From the NCBI GenBank assembly GCA_963662585.1, contig OY759729.1, forward strand, positions 2,784,001-2,848,000: a stretch of DNA of 64,000 bases, in the 5' to 3' direction. Positions 53,003 to 63,391 of this stretch are shown here, in pieces. Each line of letters begins with the position of its first letter. The first letter of the stretch is position 1. A program made the translations under genes and the position numbers. Origin of the DNA: Candidatus Cloacimonadales bacterium (GTDB lineage: Bacteria > Cloacimonadota > Cloacimonadia > Cloacimonadales > JAFGVF01). The notes below the pieces were generated by a model. That model did not search any database. It saw nothing but the letters and a program-made list of their open reading frames with translations, and was not told where the DNA came from.

Positions 53003-53186
53003 ATGGTTCCAGATTTAATTAATTTAGGAAAATTATCTAAACCAGCTACTGTACTAATAGAAAAGGTATCTTCAGCAATTGGTTTCTTGTATGAGCCAAA
53101 CAGGATAAAAAGAAAAGCTAAAGCTTGCAAAATAAAGAGATTTCTTATTACCAATGCTGATGAATGGGAAGGTAAGGGTTAGGTAA
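53003..53186 (+). pseudogene. Gene fragments: DUF2806-like N-terminus abutting an hsdS 3' end
   Basis: MVPDLINLGKLSKPATVLIEKVSSAIGFLYEPNRIKRKAKA, then in another frame RDFLLPMLMNGKVRVR* (53136-53186). Confidence 0.65.
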
Positions 53187-53198
53187 GTTATAAAGAAT

Positions 53199-55052
53199 AT
53201 GGGAAATGTTAAAGACCTGATAATTAAGAAAAGTTTATACCTAGCTATAATATTTATATTACTTCTTGCAATTAGCATTGAGTATTTAGCATGCAATTTC
53301 CTATTAGCAGACTTTTGGTTTGTTTATCATGATAATAATGTTAATTTTCAGATTCTATTTACTTCGACAGTAACATTAATAGCTTTAAACCTATCAATGT
53401 TTGGAATTCTTACACAAGTAAAATCTGATCAAAAATTTCTGGGTGTTAGTTTTGCAGAAGCCTTTTCAAAATTATCTGTGTTTGCTAGAATGAATATTAA
53501 AAATATATCTGTTTTAGAAATCCTCCTTTTCATATCCTCATACATATTTTATAGTTATAAAATGTTTAATGCGATGACCTTTACATGTTTCGTTATGATT
53601 ATTATAGTTCTAAAAGTTATAACTACATTCTGGAATTTAGTATTCAAAAAAGAATATTTTTATGATACTTGCTACCAAATCATGGAAATTAGTCTTTGGG
53701 AAAATAAAAAAAAAGGTAGTTTCTATGACAAGTTAAGTTTGGTAAAATATAATATTGATAATGATTTTCTTGAACTTATTGAAAAAGCTGATTTTGAAGA
53801 TTTAAAACTACTAATAAGCTACTCTGATAAGTTAGCGGGTAAATTTCCTATATCTTTTCATACTAGTAAATTTGAAGTATCATTCAAATACTTCAAATCT
53901 GGTATCACAGAGATAAAGAAATTAGCTGAAAAATTATTAAATGAGTTAATGAATATTGATACTCAATACGATAAGACTGTTCTGATTATATACGATAAAA
54001 TTAGAAATACTTTTAGTAATAACAGCTATTCTACTATCAAGAAAAATGAGACTATTTTTGATTTTATTGCTTTACTTCACAGTATTTTAATCAATAACAA
54101 AAATGAGGATTATCTTATTGGTGGAGAGTCATATACTCAAAGATATTTTTCCTTGCTATATTACGATGTTTTTATTTCTATTGATAGAAACATAATCTTA
54201 TCTCAACAAGAAAAGACAGACTTATTATCTTCATTCCTGAAAACATATTGCTCTTTAGCTCATAGTGGGTTTAAATTAGGTAGTTACATGATAGATAAAA
54301 ATGATTGTATGCATTTCCCAGTTTTCGTTAATTTGGTCAATATCTCAAGACTCTTGGTGAATGCCCTAAGAAATGGAGATTACACTATAATTAAACTTTA
54401 TCAGAATGAAGTTTATGATTTTAGAACATATTTAAATATTAATAATCTTTTTGAGAAATCTAATAAACTACTATGCCTTGTTTGGTTTTTATTAATAAAA
54501 TCAAGATTATTCAAAATGCATGCTGAGGAAGCTATTTTACTTGAAAACTATAGAACAGAAAAAATCTATCTTTCCAACAATGAAGTTAGTTTATACGAAG
54601 CAAGCAAGCAGGGCATTAATGAATTACTAGATAATAGTAACCAAGATAACAAAGATTTATCGCTACAATACCTTTTTAAATTATTGATTTTATATTCTCA
54701 TGAACTACAACATAAAACAGGTCATGTCTTCTCTCAAAATTATGATATGCCAATTACTCTAGTAGTATTTGTAGCTCTTATATCTAATTCTATCGGTAAT
54801 GTAAGACCATTTGATGTTTCTTTCTTTGATCATGAAAGAATAAATTTTAAAATGTATCGGTATTTTGAGAGTTTAAGAACACTTTGTGAAAATGCTACCT
54901 CTGAAAATTATCTAGAAGAACTGAAGAGAGATAAAATTATTGGCTGTATTATTGATATGTACAAAATAGAACATATAGCTATAGATAGTTTTAAGAATAA
55001 AGTTGATGAACTTTATGAGTTTTTCAATAAGAAAATTACTAAAAATGAATAG
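53199..55052 (+). CDS. Hypothetical protein with about four N-terminal TM helices
   Basis: 617-aa AT-rich ORF in the defence island. Confidence 0.65.
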   Translation: MGNVKDLIIKKSLYLAIIFILLLAISIEYLACNFLLADFWFVYHDNNVNFQILFTSTVTLIALNLSMFGILTQVKSDQKFLGVSFAEAFSKLSVFARMNIKNISVLEILLFISSYIFYSYKMFNAMTFTCFVMIIIVLKVITTFWNLVFKKEYFYDTCYQIMEISLWENKKKGSFYDKLSLVKYNIDNDFLELIEKADFEDLKLLISYSDKLAGKFPISFHTSKFEVSFKYFKSGITEIKKLAEKLLNELMNIDTQYDKTVLIIYDKIRNTFSNNSYSTIKKNETIFDFIALLHSILINNKNEDYLIGGESYTQRYFSLLYYDVFISIDRNIILSQQEKTDLLSSFLKTYCSLAHSGFKLGSYMIDKNDCMHFPVFVNLVNISRLLVNALRNGDYTIIKLYQNEVYDFRTYLNINNLFEKSNKLLCLVWFLLIKSRLFKMHAEEAILLENYRTEKIYLSNNEVSLYEASKQGINELLDNSNQDNKDLSLQYLFKLLILYSHELQHKTGHVFSQNYDMPITLVVFVALISNSIGNVRPFDVSFFDHERINFKMYRYFESLRTLCENATSENYLEELKRDKIIGCIIDMYKIEHIAIDSFKNKVDELYEFFNKKITKNE

Positions 55053-55259
55053 TATCTGGGGAAAGATAATTTTACTATCAAATATGTGCTTGAAGAACCT
55101 CTTAATAAATCAATTGAGTTTAGTAAATAAGATAATGATTAATATTTAATGAATTAGTTAATTAAATAAGTAAAAATAAAACAATTTAACTTGAAAATAT
55201 AAGGAGAACTACCATGATATTTTTTGAATATTACAGATTAGGTAAAAATAGGAGGTCTA

Positions 55260-57347
55260 ATGTCTAATAAAGAACTAAAATCTATTACTCAAATATTTGA
55301 TAACAAGATTTTCAGGATTCCAGATTATCAAAGGGGTTATGCTTGGAGAGAAACACAACTTATAGATTTCTGGGAAGATTTGCTAACATTAGATGACAAC
55401 AGAAAACATTATACAGGGGTTTTATCTATCAGAGCTGTACCTGAAAACGTATGGAAAACATGGAAAAATGAAGAGTGGTTACTAAAAGATGAAGAATATA
55501 AAGCATTCTATATAGTTGACGGACAGCAAAGACTCACAACTGTTTCAATCCTATTGCAATGTATTTTTGAAACTGCTGCTAAATATAGTAGTGAAAAAGA
55601 AGAGATATATTTTGGTTCTAAAACATTATCAAAGCTTATTGAGCAGTTCATTGTTGTTATGAAACCACCACAGGAGATTGTTAAAACCTATTTATTAGGA
55701 TATGAGTCAGATAATCCATCTTACAAGTTTTTGATTCATAGAATTTATGATGAACCTTATGGGGGAACAATTAATGAAACCTTTTACACTCTGAATCTAG
55801 AAAACGCTAAAAAGTTTTTCAGTAAACAGATCAGTAATTTGGTGGATAATCATGGAATTGAAGTTGTTAAAAAGCTATTTAATAAATTAACAAGACAATT
55901 AATGTTTAACCTATATGAATTAGATGATGATTTCGATGTATATGTAGCATTTGAAACTATGAACAATAGAGGTAAAAAGCTTTCAGACTTAGAATTACTA
56001 AAAAATAGACTTATATATTTAACAACACTTTATCCAGATAAACAAGTTTCTGATGATGTAAAGTTTAAAACGAGAAGTAACATAAATGATGCATGGAAAG
56101 AAGTCTATTACCAATTAGGACGTAACAAAAGCAAACCACTAAGCGACGACGAGTTTTTAAGAGCTCATTGGATTATGTATTTTAAGTATAGCCGCAAAAC
56201 AGGAAAGGACTATATACATTTTTTATTAGACGAATACTTCTCTCCCAAAAAGATATTTGATAAGATTGAAATACAGACAGAAAATCTGTCCATGATTGAA
56301 GAGATTTCTAGTTGTGATCAAGATGAAGATGATGCAGATATTAATGAAGAAGAAGATAATGAAAATGAAACAATTAAGTCTATGTTACAGATAAAAGACA
56401 TAAATGATTATGTTAGAAGCTTACAAGAAGCTTCCACATATTGGTATGATACAAACTTTCCTTCTTTAAGTAAAAATTTATCTTTAGATGAGAAAATTTG
56501 GATGGATAAACTAAATAGGATTGGTGTCGGATCTTATAGACCTTTGATTATGAGTTGTTTTGTTAAAACAACAATCGGAGATGAATCAAGGATTAAACTA
56601 CTCAAAGCAATTGAAAGGTTTATCTTCATAGCATTTAGAGTAGTTAGAGCTTCAACAAGTTATACTAGTAGCATATACTCAAGGGAAGCAAGAAACCTAT
56701 ATAAAGGTGAAACAACGATTGATGAAATACTGGAATCTTTTGATAGAAACTTAGACTGGGTATTTGATAATGGATTTTTAATGTATAACTCTTTTAAAGA
56801 TTTCATTAGCAAAAAATTTAAATCCAGTGGGAAAGGATTTTACGGATGGAAAGACATTTATTACTTCCTTTATGAATATGAAGAGAAGCTAAGAGAGATA
56901 AGAAATAATCCTAAAATTAGTTGGGAGAATTTTATCATAAAAGAAAGGGATAGAGTTTCAATAGAACATATATACCCTCAAAATGCTAGTAATGATTATT
57001 GGAAAGAAAAATTTGGTTCTTTTTCTGAAGACCAACGTAAAGTACTTAATGGATCCCTTGGGAATCTCTTACCTCTATCTGCGATTATTAATTCAAGTCT
57101 GCAAAACTATGATTTTCCTACAAAAAAAAATGTTGTTAAAGACTCTAATGGAGAAACGATAAGAAATGGTTATTCAAACGGATCTTTATCAGAGCTTGAA
57201 GTGTCAGCATATGATAAATGGACCGCTGATGAGATAAAAGAAAGAGGTTTAAAACTTCTTACTTTTATGGAAAAAAGATGGAACTTCAAGTTCCCTTCAG
57301 AACAGGCGAAACTTGAAATACTTCATTTAACATTCCTAGAAGAATGA
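55260..57347 (+). CDS. GmrSD-like type IV restriction endonuclease (DUF262 plus DUF1524 HNH)
   Basis: IPDYQRGYAW, IVDGQQRLTT, FETMNNRGKKLS, SIEHIYPQ, LGNLLPL..NSSLQN. Confidence 0.9.
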   Translation: MSNKELKSITQIFDNKIFRIPDYQRGYAWRETQLIDFWEDLLTLDDNRKHYTGVLSIRAVPENVWKTWKNEEWLLKDEEYKAFYIVDGQQRLTTVSILLQCIFETAAKYSSEKEEIYFGSKTLSKLIEQFIVVMKPPQEIVKTYLLGYESDNPSYKFLIHRIYDEPYGGTINETFYTLNLENAKKFFSKQISNLVDNHGIEVVKKLFNKLTRQLMFNLYELDDDFDVYVAFETMNNRGKKLSDLELLKNRLIYLTTLYPDKQVSDDVKFKTRSNINDAWKEVYYQLGRNKSKPLSDDEFLRAHWIMYFKYSRKTGKDYIHFLLDEYFSPKKIFDKIEIQTENLSMIEEISSCDQDEDDADINEEEDNENETIKSMLQIKDINDYVRSLQEASTYWYDTNFPSLSKNLSLDEKIWMDKLNRIGVGSYRPLIMSCFVKTTIGDESRIKLLKAIERFIFIAFRVVRASTSYTSSIYSREARNLYKGETTIDEILESFDRNLDWVFDNGFLMYNSFKDFISKKFKSSGKGFYGWKDIYYFLYEYEEKLREIRNNPKISWENFIIKERDRVSIEHIYPQNASNDYWKEKFGSFSEDQRKVLNGSLGNLLPLSAIINSSLQNYDFPTKKNVVKDSNGETIRNGYSNGSLSELEVSAYDKWTADEIKERGLKLLTFMEKRWNFKFPSEQAKLEILHLTFLEE

Positions 57348-57365
57348 GTTAAATAAGTTCAAATA

Positions 57366-57411
57366 TAAAAAGTTCACTTTTTCAGTACATCATTGCAAAA
57401 AGTGAACTTTT
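57366..57411. terminator. Bidirectional terminator-like hairpin
   Basis: aaaagttcacttttt..aaaaagtgaactttt between convergent genes. Confidence 0.55.
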
Positions 57412-57420
57412 CCCTATAAA

Positions 57421-57864
57421 CTATAGTATCTTATCTAGATTAACATAAACATCATCTATCTGATCTTGAGTAATTCCTACATAGCGTAAAGTAACAGCCT
57501 GGGAGGAGTGGTTAAATATCCTCATTAGTAAAGATAGATCAACTCCATTCTTGAATGCATGATAACCAAAAGTCTTTCTAAGAGTGTGTGCTCCTATTCT
57601 GTTTCTAATACCAACTCGGTAAGCGTAATCATTCAAAAACTGCCATACATATTGCCTACTCCAAGCTTGATGCGTATTGACCACATTATTAGAGTCAGAG
57701 AGGAAGATATAATCCTCATATCTTAGTTGATTGCTAACCCACAATTCTAATATCACTTTTCTAACATTATCAGATAAATGAAACTGTTTAGCCTTCCTAG
57801 TTTTCTTCTCCTTGATACTAATACTTTTTTCTGGAGAGTAAGAAACTAGAAACGACAAAATCAC
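57421..57864 (-). pseudogene. Tyrosine recombinase, C-terminal fragment
   Basis: KEKKT, HTLRKTFGY, NHSS..TLRYVG; the first catalytic Arg box is absent. Confidence 0.75.
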
Positions 57865-58092
57865 CCTAATCTACCTTCTCTCTCCTAAATTTTCTCTTTT
57901 ATTTTTCACTAGGAACCATTCTTAACTAAACTCTTTGAAGAATATGCTTTAGGTCTTTTTTTTAGAAGTCGGAGAAAATTTCCACCGTCCGACAGAAGAG
58001 GTCTGGTAATATTTTAAAACTATTGTGTTTATTGTATTTTCGGGGTCATATTGTAATTCTAAATTTTTAATTCTAAATTCTTAATTCTTTAG

Positions 58093-58169
58093 TGGTACCC
58101 CCGACGCGATTTGAACGCACGACCTTTTCCTTAGGAGGGAACTGCTCTATCCAACTGAGCTACGGGGGC
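58093..58169 (-). tRNA. tRNA-Arg(CCT)
   Basis: GCCCCCGTAGCTCAGTTGGATAGAGCAGTTCCCTCCTAAGGAAAAGGTCGTGCGTTCAAATCGCGTCGGGGGTACCA. Confidence 0.93.
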
Positions 58170-58346
58170 ACTGCATTCAAAAAGGTTAAAGTGGTGATTG
58201 GTGTCAAGATTTTTCTTAATTAACAGGTAATTGGAGATGGGGAAGAGGGGTTTTTCATTCATTTTTTAGAGGGCAAAAAAGTTTTAGCCCCTACTTAGGG
58301 TTAATTCGTGTAATCAGTGAATAGATTCTCTTTTCTTTCTCATAAT

Positions 58347-60599
58347 TTATTTACAGTATTCATATAGATTATATTTAGCTATTTTTCTGGCGATAGAATT
58401 AGCAGTTATTCCTAGTAATTTAGCAGCTTGGAGTTGGACACCATTAGTTTTAATCAGAGCCTCTTTGATTGTATTTCTAGTAACTTCTTCTAAGTTAAAA
58501 GTTTCTTTATTGCAGGGAGTTGTCTCATTTTGGAGGTTGAGGTAGTTATCCAAAACAATGTTTATATCTTCTTTATTGGCCAGGGAAATAGCTATTCTCT
58601 GCATAATATTTTTTAGTTCACGGATATTTCCTGGGAAGGAATACTGGAGCAATTTAGCTTCAAACTCTTGGTCAATGATAGGCATCTCTATATTAAGTTT
58701 CTGGCAATAGCTGGAGAGGAAGGATTCAGCTAAGGATGGAATATCATCACTTCTTTCTCTAAGGGCAGGAAGTTTAATCTCATAATTACAGAGACGATAG
58801 AAGAGGTCAATTCGGAATTTATTTTCTCTGGTTAATTGAAGCAAGTCTTTATTGGAGGCACTAATAATTCGGAAATCAGTTTTTACTGGAGAAGTTGAGC
58901 CTAATGGATAAAACTCTTTGTCTTCTAGAACTTTGAGAAGTTTAGTCTGGATATCTAGTGAGATTTCTGATATTTCATCTAGGAATAGAGTTCCTTTATC
59001 AACGATATTGAGGAGTCCTAATTTATCTTTATCAGCACCAGTGAAGGCCCCTTTTTTATAGCCAAAAAGCTCGCTTTCAATAAGGGTTGGACTAATTGCT
59101 GTTAAATTAAACTCGCAGAAATTCTGATTGTTTCTATTGCTTTTATAATGAATATATTGTGCTAGCAATTCTTTACCTGTGCCTGTTTCACCTGTGAGTA
59201 GAACATTACTAAAGGTAGCGTTAGCAACATTTAAGCACTCTTGTTTTATTCTTACTAATTCTGGAGAATTGCCAATAATAGTTTTTTCTATTTTTTGGGA
59301 GATGGATTCAGAAGATAGTTCTTTCTTTATTGATTCTTCTTGAGATATTTTTTCATAAGAAGCTAATAATTCATGATAATAATTCATTTCTCTTTCTTTT
59401 TTATTGAGAGATATTAGGCTTGAGATATTTCTGTATTGTCTTAAATATTCTAATATTTTTGCTCCATTATTTAGTTTTGAATAGTACTCTATTAAGAAGA
59501 AGAGATATTCCTGATAATATTCTCTTTTTTGATCAATTATCTCATTCATTTTAGAGTCAATTTCAGCAAGATTAATATCTTTAAGATTCCCTATTGATAG
59601 ATAGTGGGAATAGAGAAATAGACTTGGAATTCTTGCAATCATATCCTTATCTAGTTGGGCAAAGAATCCTGTAGCTTGCTCTTCTTTATTATTCATAACT
59701 GCTACCATAAAGCCTTCTATCAATACTCTTTGCAGAGTTTCCTTAGCTTGACTCATAGATTTTATCTCTTCTAAGATTGCTGTCGCTTCAGAATAAGACT
59801 TCAATTGACTTAGCATTCTTGCTTTGGTAAATCTTAGCTGAATTTTATCTAATGGTGAATCTTCACTCAAACAGATATCAATAAACTTTATTGCTTGCTC
59901 TAGCATTGAATTTGCAGCATAGGATATTCCCAGGGTGTGATTTGCTCTATAATAAAGTCTTTTATCTTTTTTAATTGTTTCATTAGAGATTATCTTATTC
60001 ATATAATAGATAGATTCGAAGAAGTTACCTCTGGAAAATTTGTAATATCCTAAACTTAAATAGTAGAATGCTTTAGTTTCTTCAGAATTATCCAGAGCAA
60101 TATAATTAGTAAATCTTTTATATATCTCTTCATCCTTTTCTTCTAGTCGTTTTGAAGAATAGTAAGTAAGAATCTGACAGTAAGCTAGAGCTATGCTGTT
60201 ATTAGGATTATAATTATCAATTACATAAAGAATCTTACTAATTAATTTTTCTGTTGAGCCAATGAAATAATAGACAGATTGCACCATGTAAGAGGTTAAA
60301 ATCTCTAAGACCTTATTTATATCAGAAACTATTAATCCAGCATTAATGATTGATTCCAAGAGCTCATCAGAAGGTGATTGGGTGGTTATGTTAGATTCAA
60401 TAGTTGCTGATTCTAAGAAATATACTTGAGAAACCTTAGTTGGCTTATAATTGTTGGCACAGAGCGTTAAATAGCTATTATAGATATCATAACATTTTTT
60501 AACTGTTTGATCCCGAGGAAGTGAGCTTTTATTAGTAATTACTAAATCTTCATAAAGTTCTGTAATCTTTTTATTCAAATCTTTTTTGTTAATTTCCAT
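58347..60599 (-). CDS. Sigma-54 enhancer-binding protein with TPR-like N-terminus and Fis HTH
   Basis: GETGTGKE, ESELFG, GAFTGA, LFLDEI, PGNIREL, AAKLLGI. Confidence 0.92.
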   Translation of the reverse strand: MEINKKDLNKKITELYEDLVITNKSSLPRDQTVKKCYDIYNSYLTLCANNYKPTKVSQVYFLESATIESNITTQSPSDELLESIINAGLIVSDINKVLEILTSYMVQSVYYFIGSTEKLISKILYVIDNYNPNNSIALAYCQILTYYSSKRLEEKDEEIYKRFTNYIALDNSEETKAFYYLSLGYYKFSRGNFFESIYYMNKIISNETIKKDKRLYYRANHTLGISYAANSMLEQAIKFIDICLSEDSPLDKIQLRFTKARMLSQLKSYSEATAILEEIKSMSQAKETLQRVLIEGFMVAVMNNKEEQATGFFAQLDKDMIARIPSLFLYSHYLSIGNLKDINLAEIDSKMNEIIDQKREYYQEYLFFLIEYYSKLNNGAKILEYLRQYRNISSLISLNKKEREMNYYHELLASYEKISQEESIKKELSSESISQKIEKTIIGNSPELVRIKQECLNVANATFSNVLLTGETGTGKELLAQYIHYKSNRNNQNFCEFNLTAISPTLIESELFGYKKGAFTGADKDKLGLLNIVDKGTLFLDEISEISLDIQTKLLKVLEDKEFYPLGSTSPVKTDFRIISASNKDLLQLTRENKFRIDLFYRLCNYEIKLPALRERSDDIPSLAESFLSSYCQKLNIEMPIIDQEFEAKLLQYSFPGNIRELKNIMQRIAISLANKEDINIVLDNYLNLQNETTPCNKETFNLEEVTRNTIKEALIKTNGVQLQAAKLLGITANSIARKIAKYNLYEYCK

Positions 60600-60623
60600 T
60601 TCTTCTCCTAAGAATTATTGTCG

Positions 60624-60912
60624 CACCCCCTGTGTCCCTTTCGTAGAAGGGGATTTAAGATGTATTGAAACACCCTGGTCCCCTCACGGAGGGGATTTAA
60701 TTTAATGGAAGCAGGGACGCTTCCATTCCATAGAGACACCACCTGTGTCCTTCTCATAGAAGGGGATTTAATTTAATGGAAGCAGGGACGCTTCCATTCC
60801 ATAGAGACACCACCTGTGTCCTTCTCATAGAAGGGGATTTAATTTAATGGAAGCAGGGACGCTTCCATTCCATAGAAAACACCCCCTGAGTCCTTCTCAT
60901 AGAAGGGGATTT
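60624..60912 (+). repeat. BIME-like tandem array (71-72 bp unit) of two alternating hairpin repeats
   Basis: ggggattt at 60691, 60762, 60833, 60905; unit = atggaagcagggacgcttccat plus cacc.cctgtgtccttctcatagaagggga. Confidence 0.9.
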
Positions 60913-60965
60913 ATCTTAGGTAAATTTTTAACATTAAAGTAAAGTTCGTCAAGTTAATTTATTAT

Positions 60966-61107
60966 AAAATCCCGAAAACGGGAAAAAGTATATGTCGATA
61001 TCGGTATATAGCTATAGTGTTCTAGGGGGAAAATATTTTATCTAAATTTGTAAAGGTATATATAACAGCATGATAGGAGTTATAATGATTCTGGCGTCTA
61101 TTTTGCT
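60966..61107 (+). promoter_or_regulatory. Sigma-54 promoter with putative upstream activator sites
   Basis: TGGCgtctatTTTGCT (GG-N10-GC, 61092-61107); imperfect palindromes tcccgaaaacggga and tatatgtcgatatcggtatata about 100 bp upstream. Confidence 0.7.
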
Positions 61108-61119
61108 TAATAGTATTAT

Positions 61120-61332
61120 ATGAAACATGAAAAAAAAATATCTGTTAAATTAAAAAGAAGTCTCGAAGATTCCCAAAAAATCGGAAAGTTGAGTTTTAAT
61201 GGCCACCAATGGGCTATTACAATTATAACTAAAGATGATGAAATAAATAATTTTGTCTTTGATTCCGAGGAATATCGAGAAGTTATACAAATAATTAAAA
61301 ACCATGAATTCCAAAGGAGTAAAGATGAGTAA
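61120..61332 (+). CDS. Small hypothetical protein
   Basis: 70-aa ORF right after the sigma-54 promoter; no clear RBS. Confidence 0.3.
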   Translation: MKHEKKISVKLKRSLEDSQKIGKLSFNGHQWAITIITKDDEINNFVFDSEEYREVIQIIKNHEFQRSKDE

Positions 61333-61357
61333 AGGAAATAAAGAATTTGGAGGAAAA

Positions 61358-62074
61358 ATGAAAAGAATTTTTATTATGATGTTTTTAGTGTTTATCAATA
61401 TTGGTTTACTCTTCTCCTTAACAGGATTCGGTGAATCACCACTTTTTGAAATCACAGATGATACTTTACCAGTAACCCTCTCATCATTTATGGCAATTCC
61501 CAATAATAACAGTCAAGCGATTGCTATCAATTGGACTAGTCAAAGTGAATCAAATTTAATTGGATATCATATTCACAGAGCAGAAATAGCTGATTTATCA
61601 ACTGCAAATATTGTAACTTCTACTATTATCTCAGCTCATAATACTACATTAACCACTGATTACTCATTCCAAGATGCTGAAGTAGAAAGAGAAACAAGTT
61701 ACTACTATTGGCTTCAAAGTATTGAGTATGATGGGAATAACTTCTTTGGTCCGGTATCTGCTAAAATATCAGATGATAACGATGTACCTAGCTTACCAAA
61801 CAACACTGAGCTTCTCGCAATCTATCCAAATCCTTTTAATGGAAATATTGCTACAAATATTGAAGTGAGAGTAAAAGAGAATGAGACAAGCCAACTCTCA
61901 ATCTATAACCTTAAAGGTCAATTAGTTAGGAAGGAAAATTTAGTAGCAGGCGAATATACTATCGTCTGGAACGGTTTGGATAACGCAGGTAAAAGATGCT
62001 CTAACGGTATCTATTTTGTCCAAATGAAATCAGCAACATACTTTAAAACTTCTAAAGTTTTATTAATGAAATAG
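61358..62074 (+). CDS. Secreted protein with FlgD-Ig/T9SS-type C-terminal domain
   Basis: Signal peptide; LPVTLSSF; YPNPFN..IYNLKGQLVR..WNGLD..GIYF..KVLLMK. Confidence 0.85.
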   Translation: MKRIFIMMFLVFINIGLLFSLTGFGESPLFEITDDTLPVTLSSFMAIPNNNSQAIAINWTSQSESNLIGYHIHRAEIADLSTANIVTSTIISAHNTTLTTDYSFQDAEVERETSYYYWLQSIEYDGNNFFGPVSAKISDDNDVPSLPNNTELLAIYPNPFNGNIATNIEVRVKENETSQLSIYNLKGQLVRKENLVAGEYTIVWNGLDNAGKRCSNGIYFVQMKSATYFKTSKVLLMK

Positions 62075-62083
62075 GAGAAAATC

Positions 62084-63130
62084 ATGAAAAAATATTATAT
62101 TATAATCTTAATTATCTTTGCTGTAAGTTTCCTTTTTCCTGCCTCTCCTGTTGTTTCAAATGTTCTAGTAACCCCACAAGCGGGTAGTTTCCTTATAAAC
62201 TATGATTTAGTTGCTGAAGGACAGTGCCAGGTTAATGTTATAGTTTCATCTGACGGTGGAACAAACTACGATATTGTTCCAACCAGTTTAAGTGGTCATG
62301 TTGGAAATACTGTAATGTCAGGAAATAATCAGATTATCTGGAGAGCAAGTACTGATAATATGGAAGTTGGGGACAATTATAAGGTAAAAATCATAGCTCG
62401 TGATAATCCAATTATTCCTACTAATCCACTAAATGCTGAGGAAATTGTGTCTTTTGTAAAAATTATTGGAGGAAGTGTTGAGGGAGGTAGCTTTAGTCAT
62501 CCTATGATGGAAACCACTGTTGAAGATTTCTATATGAGCAAATATGAAATTACTCAAGGGGAATATGAATCTGTCATGGGAGTTAATCCTGCACTAAATG
62601 CAGGTACTGGAAATGATTACCCTGTATATAATGTAACTTGGCAGGAAGCAGTTGAATATTGTAATGCCAGAAGTATTCAAGATGGGTTAACCCCTTGCTA
62701 TAATACATCTTTCTGGGCTTGCAATTTAAATGCAAATGGTTATCGCCTTCCCACACTTATGGAGTGGTTATATGCAGCTAAAGGGGGTAACCAGCAACCT
62801 GCAACAGACTACAATCAATGGGCAGGAACTAATGTTGAAACAGAAGTCACTAACTATGCCTGGTATTCTGCTAACAATACTCCGAATGGAACAAAAGAAG
62901 TTGGAGGGAAAGAACCAAATGAGTTAGGGCTTTATGATATGACTGGTAATGTTATTGAATGGACTAATGATAGTTATATGTGGGGTATGTTTTATGAGGT
63001 AAGAGGTGGTAGCTGGAATAGCGATGCTAACTCATGTGAATTAGGTAATGTAAGTTGTATTAGCCCAACTAATATGTCTGATGAATTAGGCTTTCGCATT
63101 GTTCGTAGTATTCCTGTATCAGCTCCTTAA
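62084..63130 (+). CDS. Secreted FGE-sulfatase (SUMF1-like) domain protein
   Basis: FYMSKYEITQ, YRLPTLMEWLYAAKGG, YDMTGNVIEW, RGGSW, GFRIVR. Confidence 0.85.
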   Translation: MKKYYIIILIIFAVSFLFPASPVVSNVLVTPQAGSFLINYDLVAEGQCQVNVIVSSDGGTNYDIVPTSLSGHVGNTVMSGNNQIIWRASTDNMEVGDNYKVKIIARDNPIIPTNPLNAEEIVSFVKIIGGSVEGGSFSHPMMETTVEDFYMSKYEITQGEYESVMGVNPALNAGTGNDYPVYNVTWQEAVEYCNARSIQDGLTPCYNTSFWACNLNANGYRLPTLMEWLYAAKGGNQQPATDYNQWAGTNVETEVTNYAWYSANNTPNGTKEVGGKEPNELGLYDMTGNVIEWTNDSYMWGMFYEVRGGSWNSDANSCELGNVSCISPTNMSDELGFRIVRSIPVSAP

Positions 63131-63376
63131 GTTGTTGCCGATCCTGTAATTTCTCCTGAAGTTGGTAGTTTTGATGAAGTTCAAACAATAACTATAGTAT
63201 GTGAAAAGCCAGATGTTGTGATTTATTATACTTTAGATGGAAGTGCCCCTGATGAAACAAGTAGTGATTTCTATATTAGTAAGTATGAAGTAACATTAGC
63301 TGAATATCAAGCAGTAATGGGTACAAATCCAGCTCACAATTATGGGGTAGGCAAGGGATTTGTGCTGGCGAATTAG
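63131..63376 (+). pseudogene. In-frame remnant after the TAA: FN3-associated domain plus start of a second FGE domain
   Basis: VVADPVISPEVG..IYYTLDGSAPDETS then SDFYISKYEVTLAEYQAVMGTNP. Confidence 0.7.
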
Positions 63377-63391
63377 TCATAGGCTTCTAAT

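Larger units (their letters stand above)
43802..58140. mobile_element. Defence island bounded by tRNA-Arg(CCT) and a tRNA fragment
   Basis: tRNA 3'-half repeat at both ends; integrase remnant next to the tRNA; RM, Kiwa and GmrSD cargo. Confidence 0.7.

Noticed and set aside
60624..60912. Possible CRISPR array
   Set aside because: Units are near-identical along their whole length, with no unique spacers and no cas genes; it is a tandem of two dispersed hairpin repeats
62084..63130. FGE-sulfatase (CLec-fold) genes as DGR targets
   Set aside because: No template repeat or RT found in this window; targeting in trans cannot be excluded
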